Of a stretch of DNA of 64,000 nt, positions 10,818 to 24,392 are shown piece after piece. The stretch spans positions 1,550,001 to 1,614,000 of the forward strand of contig NW_027191409.1 in NCBI RefSeq assembly GCF_041146345.1, in the 5' to 3' direction. A program made the translations under genes and the position numbers. Below the pieces are notes generated by a model. The model was not told where the DNA came from. It worked only from the letters and a program-made list of their open reading frames with translations, and did not search any database. Each line of letters opens with the position of its first letter. The first letter of the stretch is position 1. The stretch comes from Neodothiora populina (Eukaryota).

Positions 10818-12198
10818 TTACTCTCTGGACGCCGCTCCCCTCCTCTGCTCTCTTTTCCTACTCTCAATCAGTGCTTCGGATTTGGAGTACAGGTCGTCCA
10901 AATAGCGCATTGCCTCCGGATCCTTCAGCATCTTAGCGACCTGCAAACCAGCCGAGATGAGCTGCAGGACGTTCCTGTCGTCCTTGAGCGGTCGGCTTTG
11001 ATGTTTGGCTGCGTGGCGCATCTCGAGGCTGTTCTCAAGGACGGTGACCAATTGCTTGATCTGCCCATTGTACAGCACGCGGGCAGGGATGCGACGTTTG
11101 GTAGCCAGACGTTTGAGGAGATAACACCATTCGGTCCATTCGCGGTCCGCGGGTAGACGCACGGGACGCTTGTCCGGCTCCAAGGGAATAGGGAACTGGT
11201 ACTTGGCTACAAAGTCATAGGCGCACTGGGAGAGGCGGTCGTTGACTTCGCTGAGGATACTGTCTTGCTCTTGAGCGTAGAGACTGATGGGCAGTTGGAT
11301 CAGCGCGGACTCTGGGACTTCGATATGCGAATCGGCAGGTTTGGCAAGGAGTTGGTGAGGACCGTCGAATTCGTCACGCCCGGACGAGCGGCGGTGGGGG
11401 CTGCTTGCTAAGAGCTGTCCACCGTCTGGTGTCATGAGGTGAGATGGACTCAATTGAGGTAGAGACTGCAGACTCGTCTGCTGACGCACGGGCTGCTGCT
11501 GGATCTCTGGGGGTGTCAGGCCGGGGGGCGGATTGGGAATATAAGGGTTAGATGTTATCGAGGATCCGTAATAATCCTGGGAATATCTCTGTGCTGCTGC
11601 CGCTGAGTTTGCGGTAGCAATGGCTGAACTGCCCATGCTGCCATTTCCGACGCCGCTTCCGCCGCTGCCGCCTCCGCCTGTGGATGAAAGACGAGCAGAT
11701 GCCAATGCGAGGGAATCCCTACTCCCCGGGTTGAGCCATCCTTGATTGGCCATTGGGTACGCTCGTGCTGATTCTGGGGATGAATAGTACTGCCTCGAGG
11801 CCGAGCCACCGAGTTCTGTCAGAGTTGGCTGTCGTTGGTATCTGTCGAAGAAAGGGTCAGAACATGAAATGATGCGACTTTCCTCAAGTCGTTCCTAAAA
11901 GAGTAGAGACATAAGAGACTTCTTTTGGGAGTGTCACCACTCACAAATTACTAGAGGATGAAGAAGAAGAAGTGACACGTCTGCCTAATTGTGGTCTTTG
12001 CTGATGTCCGGGCTGTGGCTGCTGCGAGTATCCTCCACCATATCCTCCATCACCTCCGGATGAAGCCCCACCGGAGTACATTTCTTGCTTTGCGCCGAGT
12101 CCACTGAGCTCGAGGCGAGAAAACGAGTTATCGAGGAGACGGAATGCTGGATCGAAGTTTGAACTGGAGTTGGTTCGTGCAACCATCACCGATGACAT
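10818..12198 (-). CDS. Probable conserved fungal hypothetical protein (2 exons)
   Basis: Exon 12198-11945 plus intron 11842-11944 (GTGAGT...CAG) joins in frame to the 11753 ORF. The C-terminal block LSQCAYDFVAKYQFPIP...WTEWCYLLKRLATKRRIPARVLYNGQIKQL looks globular. Function not recognised. Confidence 0.75.
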
Positions 12199-14694
12199 AT
12201 TACAATATCCTTGCGTATTTTTTCCCTCCCAATTTGTCCTCCAGGATCCCGTAAGAGTTTGGTATAGCAGTAGGAGAATCCCCGAAGGTGGGTAGGTTTT
12301 GATGTGGGACGGAGCGGATACACGAGAGGAAATAGTGGGCCAGATGTACAGGTAGTAGTACAGAAGTAGTAGTAGCAGAAACGGCAAGGTTATTTGTGTA
12401 GAACCAAGATTGGATAAGTGGGAGATCTTCGTCTTCATATATAGAAAACGTGGTACCTACCGAAAGGGACGTCCGCCGAACGGCAAGACATCATGAGAAT
12501 GGGTACCATTGTTTTCTCATTCTACCATGTTCGTCATCAAAACGCACGCCCGCCTTCATTTGTCGGTGCCCAGGTACTGGCAAATGAGCAGGGATGCAGT
12601 GGTGTGTGCACATTGACGCCTCACAACCCATCCGTTGCCCGTACACAGTAGGGTTGGTTTTGGCAGAGGAAGCGCGAATCTTTGGCAGAACCTCACTTTC
12701 CCACTCCACCCCTCTCCTACCTCCTGTTTGGGCCAAATGGGTGCCCGACACGAGTCGAGCCGAGTATTGCCAGTGGGCCCAAGGAAAAAAAAGAGGCCTC
12801 TTCCATGCGAACAAGGAATCGAGGGGTGGAAACGGCGGACGCACGGGAACTAAAACACAAGCACGTAACAATACGGACCATGGACCACAGGGCTGAAATG
12901 ACAGTACTTTGCTCGCGTAGGACAAGGACTCCCAAGCCCATACATTCCCGAAACCAGAGGCAGAGGGCAAAGCCAAGAGGCTTTCAATGGATCACTCGAA
13001 ATGCAGGACTGGGCAGAGAAAGCGTAAACCGACCGCTTCGTCGGCGCGCACACGGCCAGGATAGCCGTTTCATGACTCGATATATGGGGCAGCACGCCGC
13101 GTAAGGCGCCGGGAGACAGCGGTGTGGCTTAGAGATAGCGGAGTAGTATTTTGTTTCGCGCTTCTCCCATGTCATGCAGCGAGCCCAATGAACCTTCGGC
13201 TCGGTGTGGTGCCTTGCGTCGACCGAGGAAATAGGTAAAACCAAAGTGCAAGTCGGGTAGGATTAGCAAAAAGATAAGGGCGAAAAACATGGGGGCGAGT
13301 AAGCTTCTCAATGGTAAGCGGGCGGGCGGGTGAACCATCGTTTTTCTTGCTGCATACAGTATAGTTCATGGCAACCCACTCCCTGTATGTAACACGTTTT
13401 CCTGGTTCACTGCTGATCTATAGTCACTTAACACGCCATGTGTGAAAGGCGGTAGATGTCGGCAAGTAGTGTAACGCAGGGCAAATGTAGGGTCGGGCAT
13501 CAACTGAATCGTAGTTGTCGCATAGGTACAAAAATAATCAACACACGATAAGGCCAGCGGCAGCCGTCACTCGATCGCTGATACTGTTGATGCTCCGGTG
13601 GGCAATACGATAAAGCCGAACTCGAGATTGCTGATCTACGAGAAGAAGCGATTTCTAGCTACGCAGAAAAAGCAGTGATCGGGGGACACAGAGGCTTTCG
13701 TGAACAGACTCAGATGTTGGTTCAGCATAGAACCAAACATTGGGCAGCACCTGGACAGTGTGGAGCTGCTTGAAGAGTTGCGCATGCTCGGTTTGGGAGG
13801 GGGCCAAGGCTTTTCCTTCTAGAAAGATTTGATTGCGGATCGACGGCGTGGTTTTGGCATGGGACGCTCTGATGCGCCCCGAACGATCTGCGAATTTGGG
13901 CAGGCACGCATCATCTCATCATCGAAGACGCAGGGAGCAGACGACGGTACACAACAGGTCAGTGGGTGTTATTTGGTGATTGGAGAGAACATTGCGCGAT
14001 ACGGAATACATATCCGAATGATTGCAGTTGCGATCCCGGCATGTGATCATAACAAAGTGCCTATTATGTTTGCCTATAAGACCAAAAGGTTCCAGGCATA
14101 TCCACAGAAAGTCCACTGGTCAGCGTCGGTACGGACCAAAGCGTAGTCGCTTCGGGGAATTAATCAACCACTCGCAGGTCACAACGCATTCCCAGTCGTG
14201 TCATGTGATGGCCGTGTAAGCGCCCCCGAAAAATCACGTTTCATGTCTAAGTCTGCGACCAGTCCACGGCCACAGACACAAGAAGAGCGGGAAAGCTTCT
14301 GGAAGGTTACTACTATAGCGGTGTGCAAGCTCGAAGTAGAGATTGGAGGCATCAAATGATCCGTGTGACAACTTTATACACGCTTTGACTAACAGCGAAA
14401 TGAAATGATCTAATGAAGATGGAGGGTATCAAGAGTATTAGAAAAAAACAGCAGCGCATTCACGCTATTAGCAAAGTCCCATGAACAATTCCAATACATC
14501 ACAACAATGACGATGTTGACCGCCAGGACGTGCTCCATCGAGGCATGTGTTTGTTGATCCAGCAGACACGTCAATACCACCGCAGGTACCCGGCAATTAA
14601 GTTTCCAGATAGCTTGCGATTCGATCAAGACACATTGCTTCCCTCGCCGCCTGCGCACGTCTTCGTATTTCTCATGTCCATGAACTCGAACGGC

Positions 14695-17600
14695 TTAAGC
14701 TACCTGCTCAGCCGCCCCGATCATGGCATCACGTTCTTTTTCGAGTCTATCCATGATGGCATCTCTCTTGACGCGCAAGCTTCCAGTGCCATTTCTGGTG
14801 ACGTGACCTTCGTCAACCTTTTCTTGAATCATTTCGTCCAATAGTCTGGTCATCTCGTCGACTGTCCTCCTCTTCTTCTTCGGGTCTTTGCCATCTGCGT
14901 TGAGTGAATTGCCAGATATAGATTGATGGATCGATCGACCCTCATCACTGAGCACAGCAACAGGGGAGAGTGGTAGCCGGGAAAAGTTCTGCACGCTCGA
15001 GCCATTCGACGGTTGAGAACCATGATACCCACGTGGACATCCACTCTTGGAACTCGTGGAACGCGTCGGGCTTTGGCTACCAGGTTTGGCTTGTCCATTA
15101 CCATTGGTGGTGACGGCGCCCCCAAAGCTCCCTCCACGTCTATATGCAGGATGGTCTCCACCGAAAGTGCTGTCCAGGACGTCCCGCTTCCTAGCCGCGC
15201 TGCGCAAGGCAGTCACCATGCGGATTTGATCGTCGAGCTTCGCCCTAAGATCTTCATTCTCCCGATCTTTCTCCTTGATGATTGCTTCGACATCGCGCTC
15301 GCTTAGGGCCACACCAGACTCATGCTGAGGTGATAGTGCTGCGCTAGGTCGACTATGACTGCTGCGCCTTGCTTGGATCAGTCGTTTCTCCAATGTAGCG
15401 ATGTATCGATTCTTGTCGGACAAATCAGCCTGCAGCGCTCTGATCCTTCTGTCTTTCGAGGCTCTCCCGGAAGTAGACTCGGACGAGTCAGGCTCGATAT
15501 CTTCTCCATCCGACGCCGACGCGAGCTCTATCTGCGACACTGCAGCTGACGGCATCATGCCAAGAGTTGCAGATCCGGCAGAGACTGACAGGGTATGCTG
15601 CGACACCGAGGATGCGGCGCTTTGACGGCGACTGTTGGCCAAGTCCACAGCACTCGACAGGCTGACTCTGTTCGACTGAGGGGCGACTGTACTTGCGCTT
15701 GAAAATCGACCGGAGTTGACGCCTATGGACTTGGACGAGAGAATGAGACGGTTGAGATGTGATATGCGCTCCTTGAGTGCAGTGCGCGCCAGTTGCATCT
15801 CGAGCATCTGTTCTTCGTGGCGCAATTCGCTTTCGCGCTGCCTCTCCCTCCAGCGCTCTTCTTCTTCCTCAAGACGATCTGGATCAGGCTCAGGATCAGG
15901 CTCTTCTTTCACTTTGCTCTGCTCCTCAAGCTGTTGGCGTAGTTCGGCAATCTCTAATCGGTATCTGTCTAGAAGAGCGCGGCTTCCAGCGTCCACACCC
16001 GAGCCAGGATCTGTAACATTGCGTTTCGCATGGCTGACGATGTTGTTCTTGGCTCTGCTTGCGAATTTCAAGGTGTTGAGGGTCTCGTTGGTGTGCGTAG
16101 CCGCAGCAGCAGCACTGGCAGCAGCAGAAGAGAGTTGAATGGTACACAGGATAGACACGAGCGAGCCACCAGACAGGGCAGGCTGTAACAATCTTGTGAG
16201 CTTGCTGTCGCGGTAGGGCAAATGCTTTTGCCCCTTTTCGGCCGGTTTATCGCCCTCCTCATCGACTGAAAGTCGCGCAATAACTGTTCCAAGCGTGAGC
16301 AGAGATTTGTTGATGTGCGAGCCTTCAGTGCGTCGTTCCCTGTTATCAGCTGCCTTTTCCGAGCCAGCAAGATCGATCAGAGACAATGTGGACACCAGGA
16401 CTCCACCTGGTGCGACGACGTCATGCCTGTGGCTGGTAGGGGTATTGGGCGATGTTCGCTCACGCGATTCCACAACAATTTGCACAACTGCGTGTGAGCG
16501 AGAAGAGCGTGCATTGAACTGAGTGCCAGCGACCTTCCTTGCCTGATCTCCCTTTGCGATCACGCGCAGAAGCTGGTTGGGACTTTGCACGATCTCTTCC
16601 TTGAGCGGCGTTGCGTAGACACCTCTTCGGCTATCCTCTCTCAACTTGATCTCTTCTTGCTGTTGTCCGTTGGACGAACTCAGGCTCAGCAGATCAAACA
16701 GCTTCTCGTTGTAGATTTCCAGATAGCTGACTCGTAGGAGAAATTCGCGGTTTGGGTTTTCGCGGATGTAAGAGAAGATATCGGTAATTGCCAGTGGGAT
16801 AACTCCAGGAGAATTAGCGGTTCCTTGCATGGAAAATGTCTTTCCAGTTCCTGTCATTCCATATGCAAAGACTGTTCCGTTGTATCCTTCCATCACTCTT
16901 CGAACCAGGCGTTTTGCGGCGGAGTCGTATACACGTGCGTTATTATCATAGGCGGAAAAAACATTATCTGTGCGACAGGTTCATATTAGTAATATGACGG
17001 CCAAAGCATCGAGGAATTGAAGACCAACCGTAAACATATTCACCCCCTTCTCGTCCCTTGAAGCTCACAAGCGAACGTCTGCCATCCACCATCCACTCTC
17101 CCTGCTGGGCATCGACCGTTCCACCTCCTGCGTCGGGCCTTACTCGCACACTGACGATGACGTTGCCCTTGCTTTCCTTCGACATGATGCTGTCTCTATG
17201 CGAGGCGACACTTTTGCGAGGGGAAACAGCCGCCGAGTTCTCGTCTTCTAGATCTGTCAACACAGACCCTTCCACACTTGTTGAATCACGCTGAGATGAT
17301 TGTCGACTCCACGCCGGGGATGGTAAGCCTAAAAGGCTATCTGTACCCCTTGCACCCGAAATCGACCTTGCATCGCCGGAGAAGGCGCTGTTGAGCAAAG
17401 AAGGCGATCGCAGAGAAGACGCAGAGCTCTTGTGTTTCAGCCCAAACGTTGACGGTTTTGCTTTAGGAACTCGAATACTGTTGCTGCGCGAGGCCAGACC
17501 AGGTCGAGGCGGGTCCTGGGCAGGAGCGAGAGCCTCCAAAGACACGCTGGCAGACAATGGGCTTGGTGGATAGCTGGGCAAGCGGGATTGACGAATGGGC

Positions 17601-18004
17601 GGCTGAGGGAAAGCCTCGATGCTGACAGTCTTCCTCAAAGTCTTTTGCGACGTAGGTATTGCCGAGGACGAAAGGGATTGGATTGTGTTCACGGTAGGGA
17701 CCGAAGGTGATGAGAGAGTCTTTGCGCTTCTCGGCGTGGGAATGGCTGACATTGTGACGGAGCGCGTTGTCTTGACAGGCGAAGCAGTCACGGAGCGACG
17801 GGCCGTGGGTGTAGCGATGGCAGAAAGGGAAGGTAGGCCTGATGACTCCCTCCTGGGCGCACTTCTTTCAGGCGACTCTAATAGTTGCGACCTCCTTGTT
17901 TTGCCCATTGGCAGTGGAGGCAGAGGGATAGATGGGGGCGCGTTCGGAGGTGGATGTGATCTTTGTTGATATGACGAAGATGTCATGGTTGTGGTGGGTG
18001 ACAT
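14695..18004 (-). CDS. kipA: Kinesin-7 family motor (KipA/Kip2/Tea2-like)
   Basis: Long S/P-rich N-terminus, NVIVSVRVRP, intron 16968-17028 (YVY|DNVF), P-loop GMTGTGKT, NARSSRSH, LIDLAGSE, HLPYRDSKLTRLLQ and C-terminal coiled coils. Confidence 0.92.
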
Positions 18005-20400
18005 GATCAAGCCATAGAACGACCACCACAGACGACGACGACGATAATTCGGACGATTAAGATGTGACAGAGTGCGGATAAAGTGGATAAGGGAGTGTAT
18101 CTGCCCCCGTACCTGCGTCTGCACGTTCACGCAAGGTGGCTCGGGGGATCCCTGCACTCTTTGTTCTCTTTATCCAACGGGCCCGTTAAAGGCGTTGTAC
18201 AAGTAGAAGCCCAATATTGGATAAAGGATGATGAAAGTGGGCAATTAGCTGGCCAGCCTCCTCTGAAACACCCTCTATGGTCGGTACCACGTGGGGGTGG
18301 CGAGCAAAAGTCTGACCGAAATCTGCTGTGTTGTTGTGTCCAGAGTGTCGACAGCAACGACAGGAAGGAAGAGTGGCAGCAGCGCGCCGACCATATGTTG
18401 TAATCAACGACAACAACACTAGCCCGGCCGACCCTCTCTTTAGCTGTCGATCTCTGCTCTGCATATGACAAATTTGATCAAGTCGCTCTTGTCTGTTACA
18501 TGGCGAGAAATTACCTTTACACTTTAGGTCAAGGAAAGGAACCAAGCAAAGCGACAGAAAGCACAAAGTGCGTTTAGGTAAATGTATAAGGTGTGGGCTT
18601 TGTTGACCACATGCAGCAGCGCACTCGGGACTCCAATATGTGGCCCCCAGGCACGACCCGCCTACCGCACCTTACCGCAGCCACCAGGGTCAATCCCTCT
18701 GCCGAGTGTGGTATTTGATCTGCTGTGCCCTTTCTGCTTGCCCTCGATCGTCCGTGGGACCAAGAGGCCGCGCTTGTTGACGATAGGCATCATACTTGAA
18801 GTCAATCATTCGTCCGGAGAACCGCGCAAACTGTTATATACAAGCGATACGTAAAAGAATACACAGTTGTGAGATATCAGCAAAGTTCTTCTCTCCTTAC
18901 CTGCCGCTCTGGCACGGACACATCAGGTTCGGCGGCACTCATCTTTATCCGCATGAGCGGCTTCGAACACGCTGCGAGGTCCCTTCATCTTGTTACCTGT
19001 GTATAATCTATCGGCCAATAATGACTGCGAGATCGAGTCCCCCACTCTGGGAAGTGATCCATGCTCAGTGTGATAAGTGTGATAGTGATTGAAATGGCAG
19101 GGTATTGCATAGTGCCAATGCTTCGCATCAGGCCAGGCACTCACAATTGGCCGTGCTGCTGTCAATCTAAGAGTTACGGCACTAAGCTGAATTGCCGTTC
19201 TCTGTACATACAGCGCTACGCCCTCCCGAACCTTCTTCCATCTTGACATTGGCTTTCCCAAACTTTTGCATCTTCAACAGCTGTCATACTGTGTGAGTCT
19301 CACTCAAGATCTGGAGAAACCCTACCTAATTGTGGACCATTATGGACAATGCCATGCCCAATATTTTATACTTTAGATCTAGCATCGTACTTCCACATCT
19401 CGCAACCATGGGGACGACTGCCTCGACACGAATACGCCTCGATCCTTCTGGAGATGCTGTGATGGCGAAAGCAGCTGTCTGTGACCCAATGAAGCAAGAA
19501 ACTGAGTGGCTCCGACGCGCGACCAGAACTCAATTGCGTGCCACGAAAACTGACAGTGCGGGGAGACGGCAAAAAGCAGTCCCTTATGGACATTTCGGAC
19601 AGCTATCGCAAGTGCACGATATAATAATCTCTTAGTACGGCCCACATCTGACAGCAATCAATGGTCTCTGTCAGAACGACGCTACCACTGTATTTAAAGC
19701 AATCATGGCTCTCGGCTCCTAACACTACAGTTGGCATCGACCCGTATGCTCGGTTTTCTATATGAATCTTGCCGATCGTGATTTTAAAAAGCCTTTCAGA
19801 ATTAGGGACAGGTTCCGCGACAATGGTCCTTGAGGCCCAAGTATGTTGCAGTGGTCGTGTTTATAAGCAGCTGTACTTGCATTGGACCCCTTGCCCGGGG
19901 ACTCTCCTACCTTGTGATTGTACTTGTATGAGCAGTGACCGCTTGTCAAACGAACGTCGCGTCGATTTCTGCGCGCAAGTGCAATTGTCAGATAAGCAGG
20001 AAATCAACCAGACTTACAGGGTGGCCACCCCACGTGTTCTCGGCACCCTGCTTGATATCCGATCAGCGTGTGTGCGTAAGCAGCTTTTGCGTTCCTGCGC
20101 AAGTTCAATGCGCAAAAGTAAATTAATTTTCCGATTCCCCTCACTGGCTAGATGCGCGGACGATAATGGCATTTATCCTGACGATAAGAGTCTAGAATTA
20201 CTCGCTGTTAGGCAACACGAATCATACATCGGATGAACGTGATATGTGACATAGCGTACTGCTGTAGAGCTGTAGACCTCGTCTTACGCCAAAATGGAGA
20301 TCAGGACGACCATGATCTCTCACATCTCCATGTCAAAGTAGGCTACTTTTTTCTTCTCAACTGTGGTATCATTTTCTTTCTTCTTCCGCCGCGGCAAAAC

Positions 20401-22107
20401 CTAGTGCACTCCGTTCGTCTTTCCGTTCGTGAGGCCGTTGGTGTGACCCTGTCCTCCGTCAACACCCTCTGGACCGGAAGCGAACTTCTCAGCCTTGTCC
20501 TTGGGTGCAGTCTTCCCGTCGACTTGGGTGCCGTCGGCAACATCGTCATTGATGACCGACTTGCTGGCCTTGTTCTTCGTCACCTTGCCCTCGACAGGCT
20601 TGGCGTTGACGGTATATCCCGTGTCGCTTGAGTCGACACAGGCGTCCAGGCCAGCTCCCTCGCGGGGGTAAGACTTCATGATCTCTTTGTGCTTGCGGAG
20701 AGCCTGGGCCATCTCCTCCTGCGAAACATCGTTCAGGAAGACGCAGCTTCCAATAGGGCTAGGAACAGCAGCACGGAGCTTACCATCACGGGTCTGCATA
20801 CAATCAGTACATGGCGTCCTATGCTCGCCTGACAAGGTACTCACCTTCAGAATAGCCTTAGTGCCCTGGTCAAGGATCTCCTCGTCGAATTGAGGGTGAT
20901 CCATGGAGAGACCGACGCGAGAGAAGAGGTTCAGAAGTCTCTTGTGCTCATCGTCGCTCAAAATACCTCTCATGTTTGCCAAGGTGGCGGAGTAAGCCAT
21001 ATCGATGGAAATGGCATGACCATGACGAAGAGGTGGGTCGGGGATCAGCTCGTGAAGGGGAGACCAGCTGTGGAAACGTTAGCTCCTGCAAGCTCATATA
21101 TTCCATCAGTCACAAAACTCACGTGTGGCCGTATGCAATGACTCTGTCGAGGCCAATCTCGTGGAGGTTGGGAGACTCGAGCTTCAACATCTCAAAGATA
21201 CCAGCTCTGTTGATCTTATCGGCAGCATCAGTGACCTCCTGAGGGGCACCCTCGGTGCGTCCGAATCCAGTCGAGATCAATTGCTCGCCATACTTGTCAA
21301 GAAGGTTGAAGGTGGGCAAATGGGCACAAGTAGAGATCTTGATGAGCTCTGCAAATCCGTTGCGGATCTGGCCCTCGGGAAGCGAGCGAAGGAAGCGGAA
21401 ATCAAGGAAGGTCTTCATGGGTGCGTGGTAGGCACCGAGACGGTTCTTGTAGTTGCCATAGTTGACGGCAACCTTGATGGACACGGAAGCATCGATCAGA
21501 CCAATGACTGTGGTCGGGATTCTGATGTAATTGGTGTTGCGGCGGTACGCAGCACAGGCGAATCTGCGAAACTGTTAGTCCAGCTCATGAAACAATGGTC
21601 TCGACCGCTTATGGGTATCTGGGCCAGAGTGCCTTGATGCTATCGTTGGCGATGATTCTCATTACCCGGCGACGTCAGTGACTAAACCACCGCCAACAAC
21701 CAAAACGGGCTCCTTTCGGAAAATGCCAAACTTGTTCATGGAGTCGACGATGCTTAGCAGAGTGTCCATTGATTTGGCCTTCTCGCCGATCATGGTCTTG
21801 TGAATCTGGAGCTCAAGGTTGTAGTGGTCGAAGTATTCTTGCATCTCCTCTCCGTAGAGGTCGAAGATGTTAGCATCCATCACAGCGAGAGCTCTGCCCC
21901 AACGAGAGTAGCAGTCAGCAAGCTGGCTGTTCTCCTTGTCAAAAATGCCGTAGCCTTGGTCGAGGATGGAGAACGAATAATCGATCACCTCAACACCTCT
22001 GACATTAAAACCATCCTTGGTTTGCTCGACTATACTGACGTTAGCACATTGCTGAGCTCATAAGAAATGTGGCAAGGCTGCGTACCTGTTGCTTGAAGGT
22101 CAGACAT
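20401..22107 (-). CDS. mysA: Demethyl-4-deoxygadusol synthase (DDGS; sedoheptulose-7-phosphate cyclase, MysA-like), 5 exons
   Basis: Spliced product [17 protein letters not shown]...GEKAKSMDT...[20 protein letters not shown]...[16 protein letters not shown]...YKNRLGAYH...NGFAELIKI...[26 protein letters not shown]...[13 protein letters not shown]...[23 protein letters not shown] is DDGS-type, not DHQS or EEVS type. Confidence 0.93.
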
Positions 22108-22694
22108 GATTGCTACTGGATTACACGCGGATGAGATGCGTGATTGGAGATGTGTGTTGAATGGACGTCAACAATGTTGAAAAGATGAGGCTGAAATTGT
22201 TGAAGAGCTTTGGTCTGAGAAGAGAAGAAGAGGAAGAGAAGGAGCTCATAAAAATACCTTACCAACGGCAAGTGAGCTCTGAGTGCGGGATCACGATTTT
22301 GTTTGACTTTCTACTTACCTCCGGTGATCACCTCATTCAAGTGAGAAAACATGGTTACGTGGATTCTTCCAATACGTCAACACACATCCATAAAATCACG
22401 CCAACCTCCATCCAGGCACTCACTGACGGTACCTGTCAAAGCTCAAGCTCTCAATTACAATATGTCCCTGAGGGGAAAAACCTGAATCATCAATTGACTC
22501 TGAACTACTGTTCCCCGATCTAACGGTTTTTCAAGCGAAGACATCGCTGCAGCCGAGGGTACGAGTAATACAGCTCACATCAAGTAATGAAAGACATTGG
22601 CGGAGGCCAGGCGCGCAGTCAAAGGACCTGCAGTAGCGGATGTGCTCTGCCTGGTGTGTGTGAAATCGTGATACGTCAAGATCGGATCTTCTGT

Positions 22695-22702
22695 GGGGTA
22701 GA
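22695..22702 (+). promoter_or_regulatory. GGGGTAGA motif, copy 1, in the divergent DDGS/O-MT promoter
   Basis: Identical 8-mer also at 23005-23012 and 25068-25075. A regulatory role is inferred. Confidence 0.4.
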
Positions 22703-23420
22703 CTTAGCGCCCGCATGAGCTGAGATAAGGTGCAAGATCAAGATCCAAGCTCCCGCATGACAAAAGCTCCGAAAATTTAAGCAAAACTCGAGTACGCAGA
22801 TTTATATAGCCAACTCGTCAAGCGATAGCAGTAGCATGGTGTTTCAGTGGCTCCTTCGAGCTCGTTATGTGAATGGAAGCGTTCTGATATATTAAAAGAC
22901 GTTCCCTTTCTTTTTCACGTTCGCCCTGCATTTCGTGCTCGAGGTTGAGGTATCGGCGACAGCTCCGCAGCGATCACTAGCTCAAAGGAGCTTAGTGTTC
23001 AGGAGGGGTAGATTCTTAAGTGTGGGGCAACAGGCCTTAGACTGCACTTTCGTTGACAGATTCGTGTTGGAAGCACTGACTGGTACATGCATTGATGACG
23101 AGTAGATGATCAGTACACCAACCTTCGATGATGTTAGCTTTGAACTCGGCACCTGCGTGAATGACGGGCGATCTGAGGCTAGGCAGGATTATGGGTGTAC
23201 TTTACCTAAAGTAAGCTCGCGAAGGTAAGGTATGCATTGTCCAAGCAAATGTTGATGTCGCCGATCAATACCGTATCCACAAACACGTGGGGCATCAGTT
23301 TATGTGCCTGACTTTGAGCTCACAAGAGCTTGCCAGCTTACCTTAGCTTCAAGTTTGCAAGTGTCAACAGCATCCAAGCTACAATACACCATCTCTACAA
23401 ACTGTGTCATCTATACCATC

Positions 23421-24392
23421 ATGCCTGATTTTGAACAAAGCAAAGCTTACACGAAGAAGGAGGAGGTGTTCTTCGACGATGGCCGCGAAATCGAGATACT
23501 TCACTTCATCTACGATAAGCCGGATATCGAGGAAATCCGAGGCTCTCCGTCTCGTGTGCTGGCTGCCATTGACGAGTTTGCTCGAACTAAGAAGTATCTC
23601 ATGAATGTCGGCGAACACAAGGGTCACATCGTGACAGATCTAATCGCAGAGGTCAAGCCGCAGACGATGGTAATAATTCACGAACCTGTACGTCTTATGT
23701 GAATCTTTTACTGACCAATGGACAGGTGGAGCTGGGTGGCTACGTTGGTTACTCCTGTATTCTCTTCGCAGATGCAGTACGCAAGGCGGGTGGAAAACGC
23801 TACTTCAGTCTGGAGAGGGACCCGGTATTTGGCGCGGTGATCTCTTCCTTAGTCGACCTTGCTGGTCTTTCAGATGTTGTCAAAGTCATCGTAGGCTCGA
23901 GTGATGCTTCCATCAAAAGACTACATGCGAGTGGTACTTTGATAAACATTGACATGATGTTCCTTGACCACTACAAGCCCGCATACAAGACTGACCTCAA
24001 GCTCTGCGAGGAGCTAAGGTTGATCACTCCAGGCTCCGTACTGGCAGCAGATAATGTCATCACACCAGGAAATCCACCTTACCTCGAGTATGTCCGATCG
24101 AGCGTGGCCGAGAAACGCAAGATAGCAGATGGTGGCTCGTCAGAGACAGCTCCTGATGGTCGCTTTGAAGATCGTACTGCAAAGCAGTATGCAACTCGCC
24201 GGGGCGAAGAGAAGTTGGGTGAGACCAAGGGCAATCCCAATCTGCAGTACGAGAGTAAGCTCGTGAACAGCTGGGAGCCTGAAGGCATTCCGGTAAGCTC
24301 TCCCTGCCTCCTCCACAATAGCGATAATGCATATACTGACGCTCAATTAGGATGGTGTCGAGATCACGCGCTGCGTTGGAGAAGAGGTGTGA
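23421..24392 (+). CDS. Catechol-O-methyltransferase-like SAM O-methyltransferase (MysB role in the mycosporine cluster), 3 exons
   Basis: MPDFEQSKAY...FFDDGRE...YLMNVGEHKG...PQTM|VELGGYVGYS...DMMFLDHYKPAY...LAADNVITPGNP...EGIP|DGVEITRCVGEEV*. COMT-family motifs; divergent from DDGS. Confidence 0.9.

Noticed and set aside
18600..20300. Extra cluster gene between the kinesin and DDGS (e.g. 19330-19635, 19769-20236)
   Set aside because: Short ORFs with mostly non-ATG starts and no recognisable domain.
20401..22107. 3-dehydroquinate synthase of the shikimate pathway
   Set aside because: Fungal DHQS is part of pentafunctional AROM; this stand-alone gene has DDGS-type motifs and sits beside O-MT and ATP-grasp genes.
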